Origin: Octopus vulgaris
Lineage: Eukaryota
Assembly (NCBI GenBank): GCA_951406725.2
Contig: OX597821.1
Location: 35,464,001-35,528,000, forward strand
Direction of reading: 5' to 3'
Length of the DNA stretch: 64,000 bases
In this document: one piece after another, positions 13,010 to 28,664 of the stretch
Position numbering within the stretch: the stretch's first letter is position 1
How the letters are laid out: each line of letters begins with the position of its first letter
Position numbers and translations under genes: made by a program
The notes under the pieces: model-generated
What the model was told of the DNA's origin: nothing
The model's database searches: none
Seen by the model: only the letters and a program-made list of their open reading frames with translations

Positions 13010-14135
13010 TACATACTTTTCTTGTTTATACCCAGGCCTATTCTCCATTTTTCTTGGAGGGGTTAGCCAAAACAGGATGAACCCCAGGCATTCTATTCAT
13101 TTCCCAGCTCGAAGAAGCAAGCCCCATTCTATGCTCGGATCAAGGCATAGAGCGCAACCCCCAATATCAACAGCGGGGTCCGACAGCGTATACTGGTTCC
13201 GTACACCTTTAAGCAATATCAAATTCACTCATCCGTCCACAAACACTCTCCAAGCTTTCCTATCATTTATAAATATTCTTGCCTCTCTCACTCCAACACC
13301 TCTAACCACCAAAGATTTCCTCACTCCATCTATCCAAACAAATCGAGGTCTGCCTCTGGTTCTGTTGCCTACAACTTCTGCCTTCATCGCGCACGTTTGG
13401 TTGTTAGTTTTCCTCTCATTCCCGCTCGACTCCGCACCTCCTCATTCCTTATCCTTTCCACCCGTGTCACACAAACCATATCATTCAAACATCTCATCTC
13501 AAACATATCTAGTCACTTCCTTTCCGCCTCTCTCAGCCCCCACGTCCCTAAACCATATAACATTGTAGGCACAATCACGCCTTCATACACGCCACTTTTC
13601 GTTTTCATTCTCAACCATTTATCTCTCAGCATACCATTCACACCTCTAAGCACCTTACTCCACTCCCTCATTCTATATTCCACTTCCTCAGCCAACACCG
13701 CTATCTGCTGTCACATGTGACCCTAGATACTTAAAAACACTCACATGCTCTAACATCTCACCATTTATACTCATATCCATCCTACCAGCCATTCCATCCC
13801 TCAAACATCTCATTACCTTACTCTTAGATACATTCACTTTCATTTTCCTCCTCTCACATACTCTTTCGGACTCTAACACCAGGCTCCTCAATTGCACTCC
13901 CGAATCCGTCACCAGTGCTGTATCGTAAGCAAACAACAACTGACTCACCTGCTATTTCTCTCAATTTTATTCTACCATTTGTGCTCCCCTAACAAATATT
14001 CTACCATTTACCTCTCTCACCAAACCAGCCATATATAAATTAAACAGCGACGGAGACATCAGGCAACCCTGTCTTAACCCCACCTTCACATCGAATCACT
14101 CACTTACTTCAGCAAAAACCCGCCCACCATAACGC
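13010..14135 (-). mobile_element. RTE-clade LINE, 5'-truncated, RT C-terminal half
   Basis: [65 protein letters not shown]. Confidence 0.85.
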
Positions 14136-14141
14136 ACGCCC

Positions 14142-14636
<495 letters not shown>

Positions 14637-14736
14637 CACATATGTGGCGGTTTATTTAATTTATATTAAAATTTTATGTATTGATTAAGTCTTTCCTTGT
14701 TTGGTTTTAAAATAGTGGTTTTGTCTCGAATTATAT

Positions 14737-16200
<1,464 letters not shown>

Positions 16201-17359
16201 TGTACGTATCTATGTATATATCTACGTATAAGAATCAACTTTGCTTTATACTGAAGACTGATACGTGCATGTCAATTATTTAAACACATCTACACCGGTA
16301 ATTGAAAAGTCACATATAAGCAACATTAGAAGAGATTCTTACTCCCTGTTGTTTATAGTACATTAAAGTGTGGCTGTAGGTAGCCGCACGTATGTGTGTC
16401 TATGTATGTAAACATAAGTATATGTAACTAATACCTTCTTGTCTATCCTCCCACATTGGCAGATATGTATTTATGTGTGTACATATCTTTACGTATGTAT
16501 ATGTATGTATATATGTATATCTATACACACACATATTTAAAGTTAAGAAGGTATGGTATTATTAAAATACCATCACGTGTGGCAAGCGTGATCCATGATA
16601 GAAAATTCAACAAAAACAATTACTCTAAATTTCTGACCTGGAGTTCAATACGAAGTTAGGGATTAAAAGCCACCTGCCAACATAGGGACAAAAGTAAAGC
16701 TACTAAGTTGTTGAAAGGTAACGAAACAACGCAGGTGATTAAATGGAAAGTAATTGAGAAATGCATACCTTATGTGAATGGAAGGAATAAATGTTTGGCT
16801 GAAAGAGCACAGATCCTGTTCAGGTCCAAAATCCTTACCTTTCTATTGGACTCTAGGTCAGACATTTCCAGTGATTGCATGTATACGTATAAATAAATAT
16901 ATTCTGAAGAATTGGAAAATTCCGCCTCTTGCTGACTGATATTTTCCCAGCCTTATCATTTAATGCCTAAGGAGGATAGCACTTTTACCTTCTGGCACTT
17001 TAGATTCGTTTTCCGTTTTTCGTTTTCTGTCGGCGTATTCTATATGCTGCATTTTCAGCTTCATCACGTTTCTTCAATTTGTTCATTTTTTTTTTTTAGT
17101 TCTTTATGATTTGTGGTTTGGACCTGTACGTATCTATGTATATATCTACGTATAAGAATCAACTTTGCTTTATACTGAAGACTGATACGTGCATGTCAAT
17201 TATTTAAACACATCTACACCGGTAATTGAAAAGTCACATATAAGCAACATTAGAAGAGATTCTTACTCCCTGTTGTTTATAGTACATTAAAGTGTGGCTG
17301 TAGGTAGCCGCACGTATGTGTGTCTATGTATGTAAACATAAGTATATGTAACTAATACC

Positions 17360-17361
<2 letters not shown>
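16201..17361. repeat. 237-bp direct repeat (16201-16437 = 17125-17361)
   Basis: Copies appear identical base by base; offset 924 bp. Confidence 0.9.
16675..16910 (+). mobile_element. Penelope-like GIY-YIG endonuclease C-terminal fragment
   Basis: HRDKSKATKL..IKWKVIEKCIPYVNGRNKCLAERAQIL..LLDSRSDISSDC resembles the PLE motif W.I....PY.....C.LCL.EK..I..LLN.RSE...C.H. Confidence 0.7.
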
Positions 17362-17408
<47 letters not shown>

Positions 17409-17411
17409 CAT

Positions 17412-18058
17412 TCAGTAGTTTTATTTTTATAGCGTGCTTTCACTTCACTACCGAGCGCAGCTCTGTGTGCCTTGGGTATGTGCTGTGATTTGTTGTGATG
17501 CTCTGATGGTTATTGTATGGAAAGTGTTCTGCGTAGGATGTGTGCAGTGCCTAGTAGTGCAATTTTCTGTATGTTATATGTGTTTGTAAGTCCTGGTGTT
17601 TTTGTTATGTATTTGTCTGAATATTTTTTTATCATGCGTAATGCACCTACTATGATGGGAATTGTTTCTGTTTTCAGATTCCACATTCTAGTTACCTCTA
17701 TTTCCAGGTCTTTGTATTTTGAGAGTTTCTCCATTTCTTTTAGAGACACGTTGTCATCTGCCGGTATTGATACATCAATTAGAAAGCATTTTTTTTTCAT
17801 GATCTCTGACAACTATATCTGGTCTGTTGGCCTTAATTTCTCTATCTGTGTGTATCGGCATATCCCAGAGTATGGTTGCTTTCTCGTTTTCTGTGACCTT
17901 TTCTGCTGTGTGCCTATACCATCTTTTTTCTGTTGTTATTCCATAATGTTGGCATAGCTTCCAATGTATGTAGGTTCCAACTCTGTCATGTCTGTGAATA
18001 TATTCCTTCTTAGCTAGGACTGGGCAGCTAGAGATAATATGATTTATTGTTTCTTGTC

Positions 18059-18060
<2 letters not shown>
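17412..18060 (-). mobile_element. Young R4/Dong LINE 3' end (Zn-knuckle tail, RLE, 3'UTR) flanked by (TAA)n on both sides
   Basis: RHDRVGTYIHWKLCQHYG, WDMPIHTDREIKANRPDIVV, FLIDVSIPADDNVSLKEMEKLSKYKDL, QKIALLGTAHILRRTL*. Confidence 0.9.
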
Positions 18061-18139
<79 letters not shown>

Positions 18140-18224
18140 CATTATTATTATTATCATCATTATTATCATTATTATTATTATTATTATTATTATTTTAATT
18201 TTTATTATTATTATTATTATCATT

Positions 18225-19310
18225 TTTTTTTCTTCTTTCAAATTTGCTTCCATTTCTTGCCGAGTGTCTTCCCGACTCCTAGGGCAAAGAAACTCATAGT
18301 ATACATCGGTAGGCCATTACACCAAACTCAATAGTTCGTTAATTTTTTTTATTTTTTATTTTTTTAAGTTAAATTAAAATACATAAGCAGCAACAATTCT
18401 CACATCGACAATGCTCTTCTCAATACATGTGATGTACCAATTAAGACGATCTTTTGCACTTCTTGCAGGGATGGTAAGCCAGGGATCATTCTCATATAAT
18501 TTTCGGTTCCCTTCTTGATCATTCCTAGTGCTCCTACGATCACTGGTATTGTAACCGCCTTGAGATGCCACATCTTCTCAATTTCAATGAGTAGGTCTTT
18601 ATATTTTCTGAGCTTGTCAAACTCTTTCGCTGAGATATTATGATCACAGGGATGCTCATGTCGATCAATAAGCAAACTTTATTGTTTTGGTCTTTCACAA
18701 CAATATCTGGTTTATTGGCCTTGATGGTTCGGTCTGTATGTACTGGAAAGTCCCACAGAATGGTTACATTTTCTCCTTCAGTTACAGCCTCAGGGTGGTG
18801 ATTATACCACTTGTCGGCAGTTTTGATATTGTAATGCTGACTTATTAGCCAGTGGAGCTATTGGCCAACTCTGTCATGTCTTAATTTATACTCCACTGGT
18901 GCTAAGACTTTACATCCAGAGATTAGATGGTCCACTGTTTCAATCATGTCGTTGCAGAATCGGCATTTTGGGTCTGCTCCATTTTTCATCACATTGGCCT
19001 GGTAGTTCCGGGTTAATAGGCTTTGATCTTGAGCAGCCAGGATGAAACCTTCGCTCTCTGCTTTTAGCCCTGAGCTCCGTAGCCAATGATGGGTTTGCTT
19101 CTGGTCAACATCAGCTTGTTTGCTGCGGGTCACATATTTGCCGTGCAGAGGTTTCTCCTCCCACCTATCAGCCAATTGCTCGTGCGCTTTTTTCGTTGCC
19201 ATCATTTTCACCTTCTTTGCAACAATAGTTGCCGTACTTCCCTCGGGTTGTTCAGTTTGGGTATCCTGCACGAGATCAATAGCAAATTTTTTGCTTTCCT
19301 TTATGATAGA
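18225..19310 (-). mobile_element. Second young R4/Dong LINE 3' kilobase (different subfamily), flanked by (TAA)n
   Basis: KPLHGKY, AESEGFILAAQDQSLLTRNY, CRFCNDMIETVDHLISGC (CCHC), RHDRVG, KYKDLLIEIEKMW, IPVIVGALG, QKIVLIGTSHVLRRAL. Confidence 0.9.
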
Positions 19311-19369
<59 letters not shown>

Positions 19370-19471
19370 ACTATTGCTCATATAAACTTAACGAAAAGTA
19401 AAATCCCAGAAATTCGGCAAGCAGTCCACGGTCCACTTTAGGCTCAAGATACTTGAGCAGCCAGGATAAAC

Positions 19472-19519
<48 letters not shown>

Positions 19520-19933
19520 CTCGGGTTGTTCATTATATAACTATTGCTCATATAAACTTATTACGAAAAGTAAATATATCCCAGAAATTCGGCAAGCAGT
19601 CCACGGTCCACTTTAGGCTCAAGATACAACAGAGGGAAAGTTCCGGGTGTGTTTTAATATAAATAACACAAATAGGCTGAGGCTCACTACTGTTCTTTCA
19701 GACGTGTTTTTTTTTTTATCAATGTTCAAACCGCTTTCTTCATGTTGTCTTCGGGCACCGAGATGAAAGAATCCATATGTTTTCTATACCTCTTGGGTAA
19801 AAATACCTAAATGTTAAATTAAATCTTAATTTTAAGTGGTTTTTACACGATGTAATTGATTTTTTCTTTTCATCAAAAAGAAAAAAAACACTTCTGAAAC
19901 AAATGCAGTAAACTGCAGTCTGCTTCTGTTATT

Positions 19934-20135
<202 letters not shown>

Positions 20136-20149
20136 ATGCAGAGTGTTCG

Positions 20150-20930
20150 CGGGCGAAAGTTGAAGGTGCTTTCATGCCTGTTTTTCATTTTATCTTTAGG
20201 AACAGTTCGGCATACTAGCGAACAGGCAACGGAGTCGAACAGTATTATGGTTAAAGATGTAATTGATAAAAAGTTAGCTGACACGGAAGGCTGGAAGACA
20301 TCTGAATATTGTAAAAGAGCTACCTATATTATGATCATTCTCACCAGGTAACGATATGCCGACATCATGGCTGCTACTCAATACTCTGAGAAGGCGATCA
20401 AAGTTCATGGAAATGTCATACGTATCATGAAAGCCAAGTTCATCTTGCCTACAATGTTCATGGTGCGTGTCTGCTGTAAGGATGACGCCATGCCACCGCA
20501 CATTTTTGAACAGAACATGAGGCTCAATGCAGATGGATATGCAAAGATGCTCGAGACTGTAGACAAACAGTAGCTGGAAAAGGTTACTGCTGGAAGGTCA
20601 TACGTGTGGCAGCAGGATTCGTCAGATAGAGTCAGAAGTGGTTGTGGGAGAATTCATATGACTTCATCCTGGCCTCATACTTCCCTCCATTGTAATCCAC
20701 CGGATTGCTTTATGGGATTCGCTTGACAATAAATACCACCTGCGACACAAATCCGACCTGTTGGCGGGTGATCAAGGAGAAACAACTGAGACGTTCCTAC
20801 GGACATAGTGCCGAAAGTATACACCAGCATCGGAAGTTGTCTTGAAGCTGTGTTCACATTTCAAGGTTCATATTCTTTGATTCCTTGACAAAAATACTTT
20901 TATTTTGGGGGTGGAATATTGTGTTTTATT
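20150..20930 (+). mobile_element. Degraded Tc1/mariner-superfamily transposase
   Basis: MPPHIFEQNMRLNADGYAKMLE, AGRSYVWQQDS, SQKWLWEN, WPHTSLHCNPPD (degenerate WPP.SPD.NP.D). Confidence 0.7.
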
Positions 20931-21030
20931 TTCCTTTTTATGCAAACCGTCAAATTTAATCTGCCCATCCATCCATGCATACATGCATACATACATGCCT
21001 ATATGCATGCACATACTTATCTCTTTCTCT

Positions 21031-21097
<67 letters not shown>

Positions 21098-21870
21098 CCA
21101 GTCTGTCTGTGTGTCTGTCCGTCTGTCTGATTGTATATCAATCTATCTTAATATTTGCTATTCATCTCTTATGTCTACCGTCTCTTATATATAAATGCAA
21201 TTGATTCAATAATTAAAATGCATTTTATAACTGATAATTCCATACAGTAGTCATATAGATAACTCATTTCCTATACAGAAGATGCCTGCATTATGTCACT
21301 TCCTGATTCCATTCAGAAAAGATGAAAGACGCTGCCAATCCTGTTATGCCTTAACATGTATTTAACGATAAACGTCTCTGGGAATGTATCGTTGAAACTT
21401 TAATCAGTCGTATTCCTTCGCATCAAAGTCTTTCTCTAGTACCAGCATTATGTACCCTTACTACTCTTATTGTAGAATGCGGTGAAACGGCAGAAGTGGT
21501 AAATATTTAAAAAGCTACATCTTCAATGTATTATTCGGACGCATATTATCGATTAGATTTCTGTAAATTATGTAGAAATGGTTGTTATAGAATTAGATGA
21601 AGCCAAGATTAATCATGGCCAAAGAAACATATGCTAAAAAGAGTTCCATGTCATTAATTATAAATACAGATTCTGGGTATCAATTTCTATAGTAAAAGAT
21701 CGTGTCATTTCTTTTCTAAAGCAAAATTATGTGAATTGAGGGAGGACTGGCTGATATGAGTAGTAAGTGTAAGTGCAAGATTAAGGAAGGGTCGAATATC
21801 ATCCGGATATGTTTCATTAAGTATTATATCGTAGAGTCATGTTAACAAAACATATTTCTTTATATAAAAA

Positions 21871-22257
21871 CTAGCAGTATCGCCCGGCGTTGCTCGGGTT
21901 TGTAAGGGAAATAACTATAAAGCATTTTTAGAGAGTTATAGCCAAAAAATAGCAAAAAAATGGGGAAAAAAATGATGGTAAATTTTTTTCTCGATAGTTA
22001 AAAAGGTCGAGTTGTGTCCCCTAGACCATCTGTGGTTTGTGTTTCTGATTGTCGACCCCATGTCGAATTTATCGATCTTTTTCAGAACTGGGGGAACTTT
22101 TCAAAATTTTCGCTGAGTTAGTTTTGAATTATGACATTGGGCTATGTGTGTGTCAAGTTTCATCAGAATCGGTTGAAAGCCGTGGTCAGAGTGAGGGTAC
22201 AACCAAACAGACACACAGAAACACACACAGACAAACTGCCGTTTATATATAGAGAGA
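21871..22257 (-). mobile_element. Non-autonomous Helitron (387 bp)
   Basis: Minus strand starts TCTCTCTATATATAAA and ends ..cccgagcaacgccggg-cgatactg-CTAG; sits between host A and T. Confidence 0.8.
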
Positions 22258-22459
22258 TTACGCTTTACTTAAATTTGATTGTATATTTCGAATAGTAACA
22301 TAGGAATATTTCACCATATAGTTCGTGTCACTGCAATTCGAATCGTCACGATTATAACCATGCGTTTCAGTAATGAATATGTAATATACGTATATAACAG
22401 TATAGCATCTTCTAAGTACATACATACATGTATACATACCTAAAAACATAGGTGCATTT

Positions 22460-22926
22460 TTGTGACCTCCTTCGGTCACGAATGACCATGGAATTGCACC
22501 TAGAAAATTACCCTCCGAGGTACAAGTCTGGGCCAGGTTGTTTATGGATGACCAGCAGTCGCCACGCCACCGATGTTATCCAAGGGAAAGGCAAAGGCCG
22601 ATACAGCTTGGTACCAGTGACGTCGCAGCTCATTTATTAAAGTGCAAGTGGCAGAGCACTCCACAGACACGTGTACCCTTAGCGTAGTTCTCGGGGAGAT
22701 TCAGCGTGACACAGAGTGTGACAAGGCTGGCCCTTACAACAGAAACAGGAAGAAAGAGTGAGAGAAAGTTGTGATGAAAGAGCACAGCAGGGTTCACCAC
22801 AACCTCCTGCCGGAGCTTTAGGTGTTTTCGCTCAATAAACACTAACAATGCCCGGTCTGGGAATCGAAACTGCGATCCTACGACCGCGAGTCCGCTGCCC
22901 TAACCACTGGGCCATTGCGCCCCCAC
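22460..22926 (-). mobile_element. tRNA-derived SINE family C
   Basis: Minus-strand head ggcgcaatggcccagtggttagggcagcggactcgcgg..gtttcgattccc (A and B boxes); second copy at 56808. Confidence 0.8.
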
Positions 22927-23184
22927 ACATAGGTACATACATACAAACATACATATAGAAATTCATGTATACTCTGCAAGAGATGCAGCTTTAACTGATC
23001 AAAGCCATGCAGTGAAGTTGAACTTGCCGCCAATAGTGACCTCACTGCAAGAATAAGAAACTGACAAAACTTATATGTAGTTTTTTTAAATTCTGATAAG
23101 TGCAAATATAAGATTTATCTTCGTAATTTTCATCGCAAGAAATTATCGTCTTTACCGGAGGACATGTAGAAATTATGGGAACAT

Positions 23185-23600
23185 AGGCAGGAGTGGCTGT
23201 CTGGTAAGTAGCTTGCTAACCAACCACATGGTTCCGGGTTCAGTCCCACTGCGTGGCACCTTGGGCAAGTGTCTTCTGCTATAGCCCCGGGCCGACCAAT
23301 GCCTTGTGAGTGGATTTGGTAGACGGAAACTGAAAGAAGCCTGTCGTATATATGTATATATATATGTATATGTATGTGTGTTTGTGTGTCTGTGTTTGTC
23401 CCCCTAGCATTGCTTGACAACCGATGCTGGTGTGTTTACGTCCCCGTCCATTAGCGGTTCGGCAAAAGAGACCGATAGAATAAGTACTGGGCTTACAAAA
23501 GAATAAGTCCCGGGGTCGATTTGCTCGACTAAAGGCGGTGGTCCAGCATGGCCGCAGTCAAATGACTGAAACAAGTAAAAGAGTAAAGAGTAAAGAGAGT
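23185..23600 (+). mobile_element. tRNA-derived SINE family B, full length
   Basis: ggagtggctg..ggtaag head, gggttcagtccc B box, internal TA/TG tract, tail taaaggcggtg.tccagcatggccgcagtc..gaaacaagtaaaagag; copies at 34678, 27720, 29895, 30240. Confidence 0.85.
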
Positions 23601-23776
23601 ATAGTATAAATAATAATAGTATGTGGGTCTTGGTACCTAAATAGTTTCTGAAAAAAATTTAAAGGAAAACTATATCTAATTTTAACGATAGGTTCGTCAA
23701 AAACATTGAGCACTTATCTTCGAAACTAATTAGTGTTAATATGGGAAAGTGTATATCAATGTATTATTATCATAAT

Positions 23777-23853
<77 letters not shown>

Positions 23854-24020
23854 TGACGAAAGCTGAGCCTATTTTGCAGGGTATGGTGGAAAATGTCAGC
23901 TGTCCACAGCCAGTAGACTAAAGTGACACTTGTTTACTGCTAATGCTCGAAGAACGCTACGCAGAATTCTTGCGAATCCAAGGAATGCTGATTTTTGTGT
24001 GTTTTAATTACATTTGTAAG
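23854..24020 (-). mobile_element. R4/Dong 3' tip with (TAA)n tail
   Basis: QKSAFLGFARILRSVL followed by the same 3'UTR start as 320-420; (TTA)n at 23778-23853. Confidence 0.7.
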
Positions 24021-24100
24021 AAACCATGTTATTTTTATACCTACCACGCCTGCTCGTAGCTTAGAAACTTCCTACACTTACATATTTGGACCTTATAATT

Positions 24101-24137
<37 letters not shown>

Positions 24138-24244
24138 CACACACACACACATTCATTCACACACACACACACACACACTCATTCATACACACACACACAC
24201 ACAAAGAAACATACACATATACGTACTTACGTATATATATACGT

Positions 24245-24570
24245 CCCCTGCCCAATTCAAGATCACAGCATATATGTACACTGCAACATAATGTCTTTTC
24301 CTCAACAGGCCCTGCCCTATTTAACATTGTCCCGAAAGAGATCAAAGAGGAAAAGGATCCCATCAACTTTAAACGGAGGCTGGATAGATTTCTTCAAGGA
24401 CTATCAGATAAGCCACCCATAATTGGATACAACTCACCCAACAAAAACTCACTACTTGAATGGACCACAAGCAAGACTTGACTTATACAGGATTTAGATA
24501 ATCACATCAGGTGGTGCTATTAAGTTAGACATGGCCTGGGCCAATCTTTGGTCGAAACATATCTAAGTTT
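24245..24570 (+). mobile_element. CR1/L2-group LINE 3' end
   Basis: FSSTGPALFNIVPKEIKEEKDPINFKRRLDRFLQGLSDKP..NSLLEW*; second copy at 45205-45450. Confidence 0.7.
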
Positions 24571-24774
24571 TATCTAAGTTTTATATATATATATATGAAA
24601 ACGTGATGGACCATTGATGAAATTGCAGCGACTAGGATGCAGAATGGCATATGAAGGCATGTGTAGATGCTGCAATTGAAGCATGTGTTGGTCATTGTAT
24701 TATGCTGCAGAAAGCTTTTTTTAATAAAAGGTTTTCTATGCGAATAAATCTCCACTGTCCTATATATCTCTAGC

Positions 24775-24955
24775 AGAAATTTACAGAAAAAAACAAAAGA
24801 CAAAGACAAGTGTATGAACGACAAGCAAGCGTATTAATTTGACACTCGGGTAAGTGAGAAAGTATTTTATGTTTCGGGCCTTCACTCTTCAACAAAATGG
24901 TATAAGAGAAAATAAATAGAGTGAGAACAAAAAACCTTGTGAATTTAATGGCCAA
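24775..24955 (-). mobile_element. Diverged copy of the ~200-bp HHR-like repeat seen at 58020 and 62580
   Basis: acaagc..gtatta..gtattttatgtttcgggccttcactcttcaaca parallels 58075-58150. Confidence 0.55.
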
Positions 24956-25072
24956 GAATGCCGAGCGGTTGGAAAAAAGGGTTTGTCAGGAGAGGTAGAA
25001 AGAAGAGGAAATAATAAGATATTGATGATCCAAATCGCTGGTGCACTTGCGTATATGTGTATGTGAGAACGC

Positions 25073-25119
<47 letters not shown>

Positions 25120-25596
25120 TGTAGATAGCGGCTAGTGATTTTGATGCGTGTGGATAGCGGCTAGTGATTTTGGCGTGTGCGAATGTGTGCATGTGTGTGC
25201 GTGTTTGTAATATGTGCGTGTGTGGACTATGGTCTGTACGGTGTGCGGTTGATGGTGTATCGGTGTGCGGTTGATGGTGTATCGGTGTGCGGATGATGGT
25301 GTGAGGTGTGGGTGCTGCGAAGTGGTCAGTGCTAGTATATGTGGAGTGGTGTAGGGTGGTATGATGTGGTGTGGTGGTGTGGGGGTGTGCGGTGGATGTC
25401 TGGGGGTATGGATCGGGTGTGTATGTGTGGTATGTGGGTTGGTTGTGGTTGGAGGGGTATAAATGAAGGAGGAAGGTGCGTAGGAGTAAAGAGAGGAAGT
25501 ATGCGTAAGAAAAAGTGAAGTGGGTTGAGTGAAGAGAGGGAGTAGGTGTGAGAGGACATCTAATATATATATATATATATACTTACATATGTATAC

Positions 25597-25709
<113 letters not shown>

Positions 25710-25984
25710 CACACACACACGCACACACAATTCTATTTCTCTGCATACGTATATATTACATACGTTCATTTTGGATCACCTTACTCTCCTCTCTCGGTGT
25801 CTCTCGCTCTCATTTCACTAATATTTTTTTTTAAAGTTTCTTTCACACAAGCATGCAGTACAGTCATCGTAAGGTGTCCCTACAAATCTTTACCCGCTCC
25901 TTCCTCTCCTCCACTTTCTCCACATCGCTAAATCCGCGTCTTTCTTCCCTCCTCTTCGTCACACCATGACCGTATTATCCACAT

Positions 25985-26051
25985 TGTCGTTGTTGTTGTT
26001 GTAGTTGTTGTTTGTCTTCTTCTTCTTCTTCTTCTTCTTCTTCTTCTTCTT

Positions 26052-26082
<31 letters not shown>

Positions 26083-26365
26083 TTTTTCTTTCTTTCTTTC
26101 TTTCTTTCTTTCGTTTTCTTTTTTCCGCCCATCTCTTACCTTCCTCTTTCTCCCATCTCCATCTGTTTGTATTACGTGCGTACTGGCCATCCATTTATTC
26201 CTTTCTTTTACCATGTCGCCCAGTCGGCTATTTTTACCACGACGCCCAGCAACGACATGAACAGCAACGGCAACAACAACAACAACAAAAGGCACGAAAA
26301 CAACAACGACGACAATGCCTACCACTACTACTACTACTGCTGCTGCTATCACTACTACTACTACC

Positions 26366-26403
<38 letters not shown>

Positions 26404-26605
26404 CACTACTACCACTACTACTAATACTACTAATACTACTGCTACTACTACTACTACTACTACTAATACTACTGTTACTGCTGCTGCTGCTATCACTACT
26501 ACTACTACTGCTACTACTAATACTACTACCACCACTACTACCACTACTACTACCACTACTACTACCACTACTACTATTACTACTACTACTACTTCTACTA
26601 CTACT

Positions 26606-26640
<35 letters not shown>

Positions 26641-26798
26641 CACTACTCCTAATACTACTACTACTACTACTCCTACTACTACTACTACTTCTACTACTAC
26701 TACTACTACTATTACTACTACTAATACTGCTAATACTACTGCTGCTGCTACTATTACTACTACTAATAATAATAATAATACTACAGCTGCTGCTGCTG

Positions 26799-26858
<60 letters not shown>

Positions 26859-26860
26859 TT
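25985..26860. repeat. Compound (TTG)/(CTT)/(CAA)/(CTA) trinucleotide arrays
   Basis: Direct reading; source of the poly-T/V ORFs. Confidence 0.9.
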
Positions 26861-27107
26861 ACTGCTCGTCTCACTGTTTGGTGCTTTCTCATTTGTTTTC
26901 TTGATTTATTGTTCTAGCCATGATCTTTGATTTTCCATCCGTGACGTCAAGAACTATAAAAAACGACCACTTCATACATATATGACACGGTTGCATGAAC
27001 ATGTACATGCACATGCATATGCAGAGACAACGCACCCATGCGAACAGAGCGCACACCCACCCACATAATACATACATACATACATACATACATATTTACA
27101 TACATAA

Positions 27108-27158
<51 letters not shown>

Positions 27159-27454
27159 CCCACAAACATTCACATTCACATATTAGAAAGAATTCATATA
27201 CATTCATTTACACACACAATACACACAAACACAGACACATGCACTCTTTTATATACCATTGGATGCAATCATGGTGGCATTTATATACACACATAAGCAC
27301 ATTCAGATATGTACACGTCATTGTACACAATCGTATACAAATATTTACATCCACACATCGTCCTCTACAGACACATTTACACACTCACACACATGTGTAT
27401 TTCATTAGCATGCATATAGATGTATGCATGTATGTGTGTATATATATATATAAT

Positions 27455-27630
27455 TCTTTATTGCCCACAAGGGGCTAAACCTAGAGGGGACAAACAAAGA
27501 TAGGCAAAGGGATTAAGTCCATTACATCGATCCAAGTGCGTAACTGGTACTTTATATATCGACGCCGAAAGGATGAACGACAAAGTCGACCTCGGCGGAA
27601 TTTGAACTCAGAACGTAACGTCAGACGAAA
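27455..27630 (-). mobile_element. SINE family A, 5'-truncated
   Basis: Reverse complement of 4075-4245. Confidence 0.8.
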
Positions 27631-27719
27631 TATATATAGTAATCTGCGATAGGTGAAAATTCCGCGAAGTAGAAAAAACTGTACTGTGTATTTTATTCTT
27701 TTAAATTCATATATACATA

Positions 27720-27848
27720 CAGACCGATAGAATAAGTACTAGGCTTACAAATAATAACTCCTGGGGTTGAATTGCTCGACTAAAGGCGGTGCTCCAGCAT
27801 GGCCGCAGTCAAATGACTGAAACTTGTAAAAGAGAAAATAAAAGAGAA
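27720..27848 (+). mobile_element. SINE family B 3' tail
   Basis: agaccgatagaataagtact..taaaggcggtgctccagcatggccgcagtcaaatgactgaaac. Confidence 0.8.
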
Positions 27849-28549
27849 ATATTTTATCGTAAATGCAAAGTAACACCACAGTGGAATCGACGTAAGCTTA
27901 AATAACAAACGGCGAGAGTTAAACCGTGATAGGTGAACCGCGATATGTCTAGGGATTACTGTACGTACATATTTAAACTTGATTGTATTTACCCAGTCAC
28001 ACATGTACACACGCAGGCACACACATGCATACCAATACATGTACGTATAGTTGCCCACAGTCACACAGACACTGCTTAATATATGTCTGCGCTCATACAC
28101 ATCCGTGCCCATCTGTATGAGCAAATATGTAAAATGGATGCAATTACATGTGTATGTGTGCGTGTGTGTGCGTGCGTGGTTGAGGGTGTATGCGCATGCG
28201 TACTAGTTTGTTTGCATGTCAGCAAGTGCATATTTATTTGCATTCGCATGGAGAGTCATCGTCAGAATAATAGCATGTATTCAAGCCGAAACCCGTCTAT
28301 TTCTACAGTTGTTCTTTACATCAAAGTTAGCCCCTATCAATATGACATGATCAAAGGCGTTCCCGCTGTGGCCATCCGTAATTTTGGGTATATTGCCTAT
28401 ATTGGTCTAAACGGTATGGAAGCATACTTACTTTATCGATACATCAAAGATTACTTCGGGAGAGGTTTTATTATTTCTAAAGGGAGTGTGACAACTTAGT
28501 GTCCATGCTTATATACATACATACATACATACATATATATATATATATA

Positions 28550-28599
<50 letters not shown>

Positions 28600-28612
<13 letters not shown>

Positions 28613-28618
28613 TATATT

Positions 28619-28664
<46 letters not shown>

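Noticed and set aside
12996-13568. 190-aa plus-strand ORF
   Set aside because: Antisense to the RTE LINE fragment.
22850-22926. tRNA-like sequences here and at 56815 and 23185
   Set aside because: They are SINE heads continuing into repeat bodies; no complete cloverleaf.
24520-24568. Stem-loop followed by GAAAC with flanking ttaga/tctaa pairing, hammerhead-like
   Set aside because: No CUGANGA core here or in the second copy at ~45220-45265; more likely a LINE 3' recognition hairpin.
27640-27962. Tigger-like right end (aggtgaaccgcgat..gggattactgta)
   Set aside because: No matching left TIR found; too fragmentary to call.
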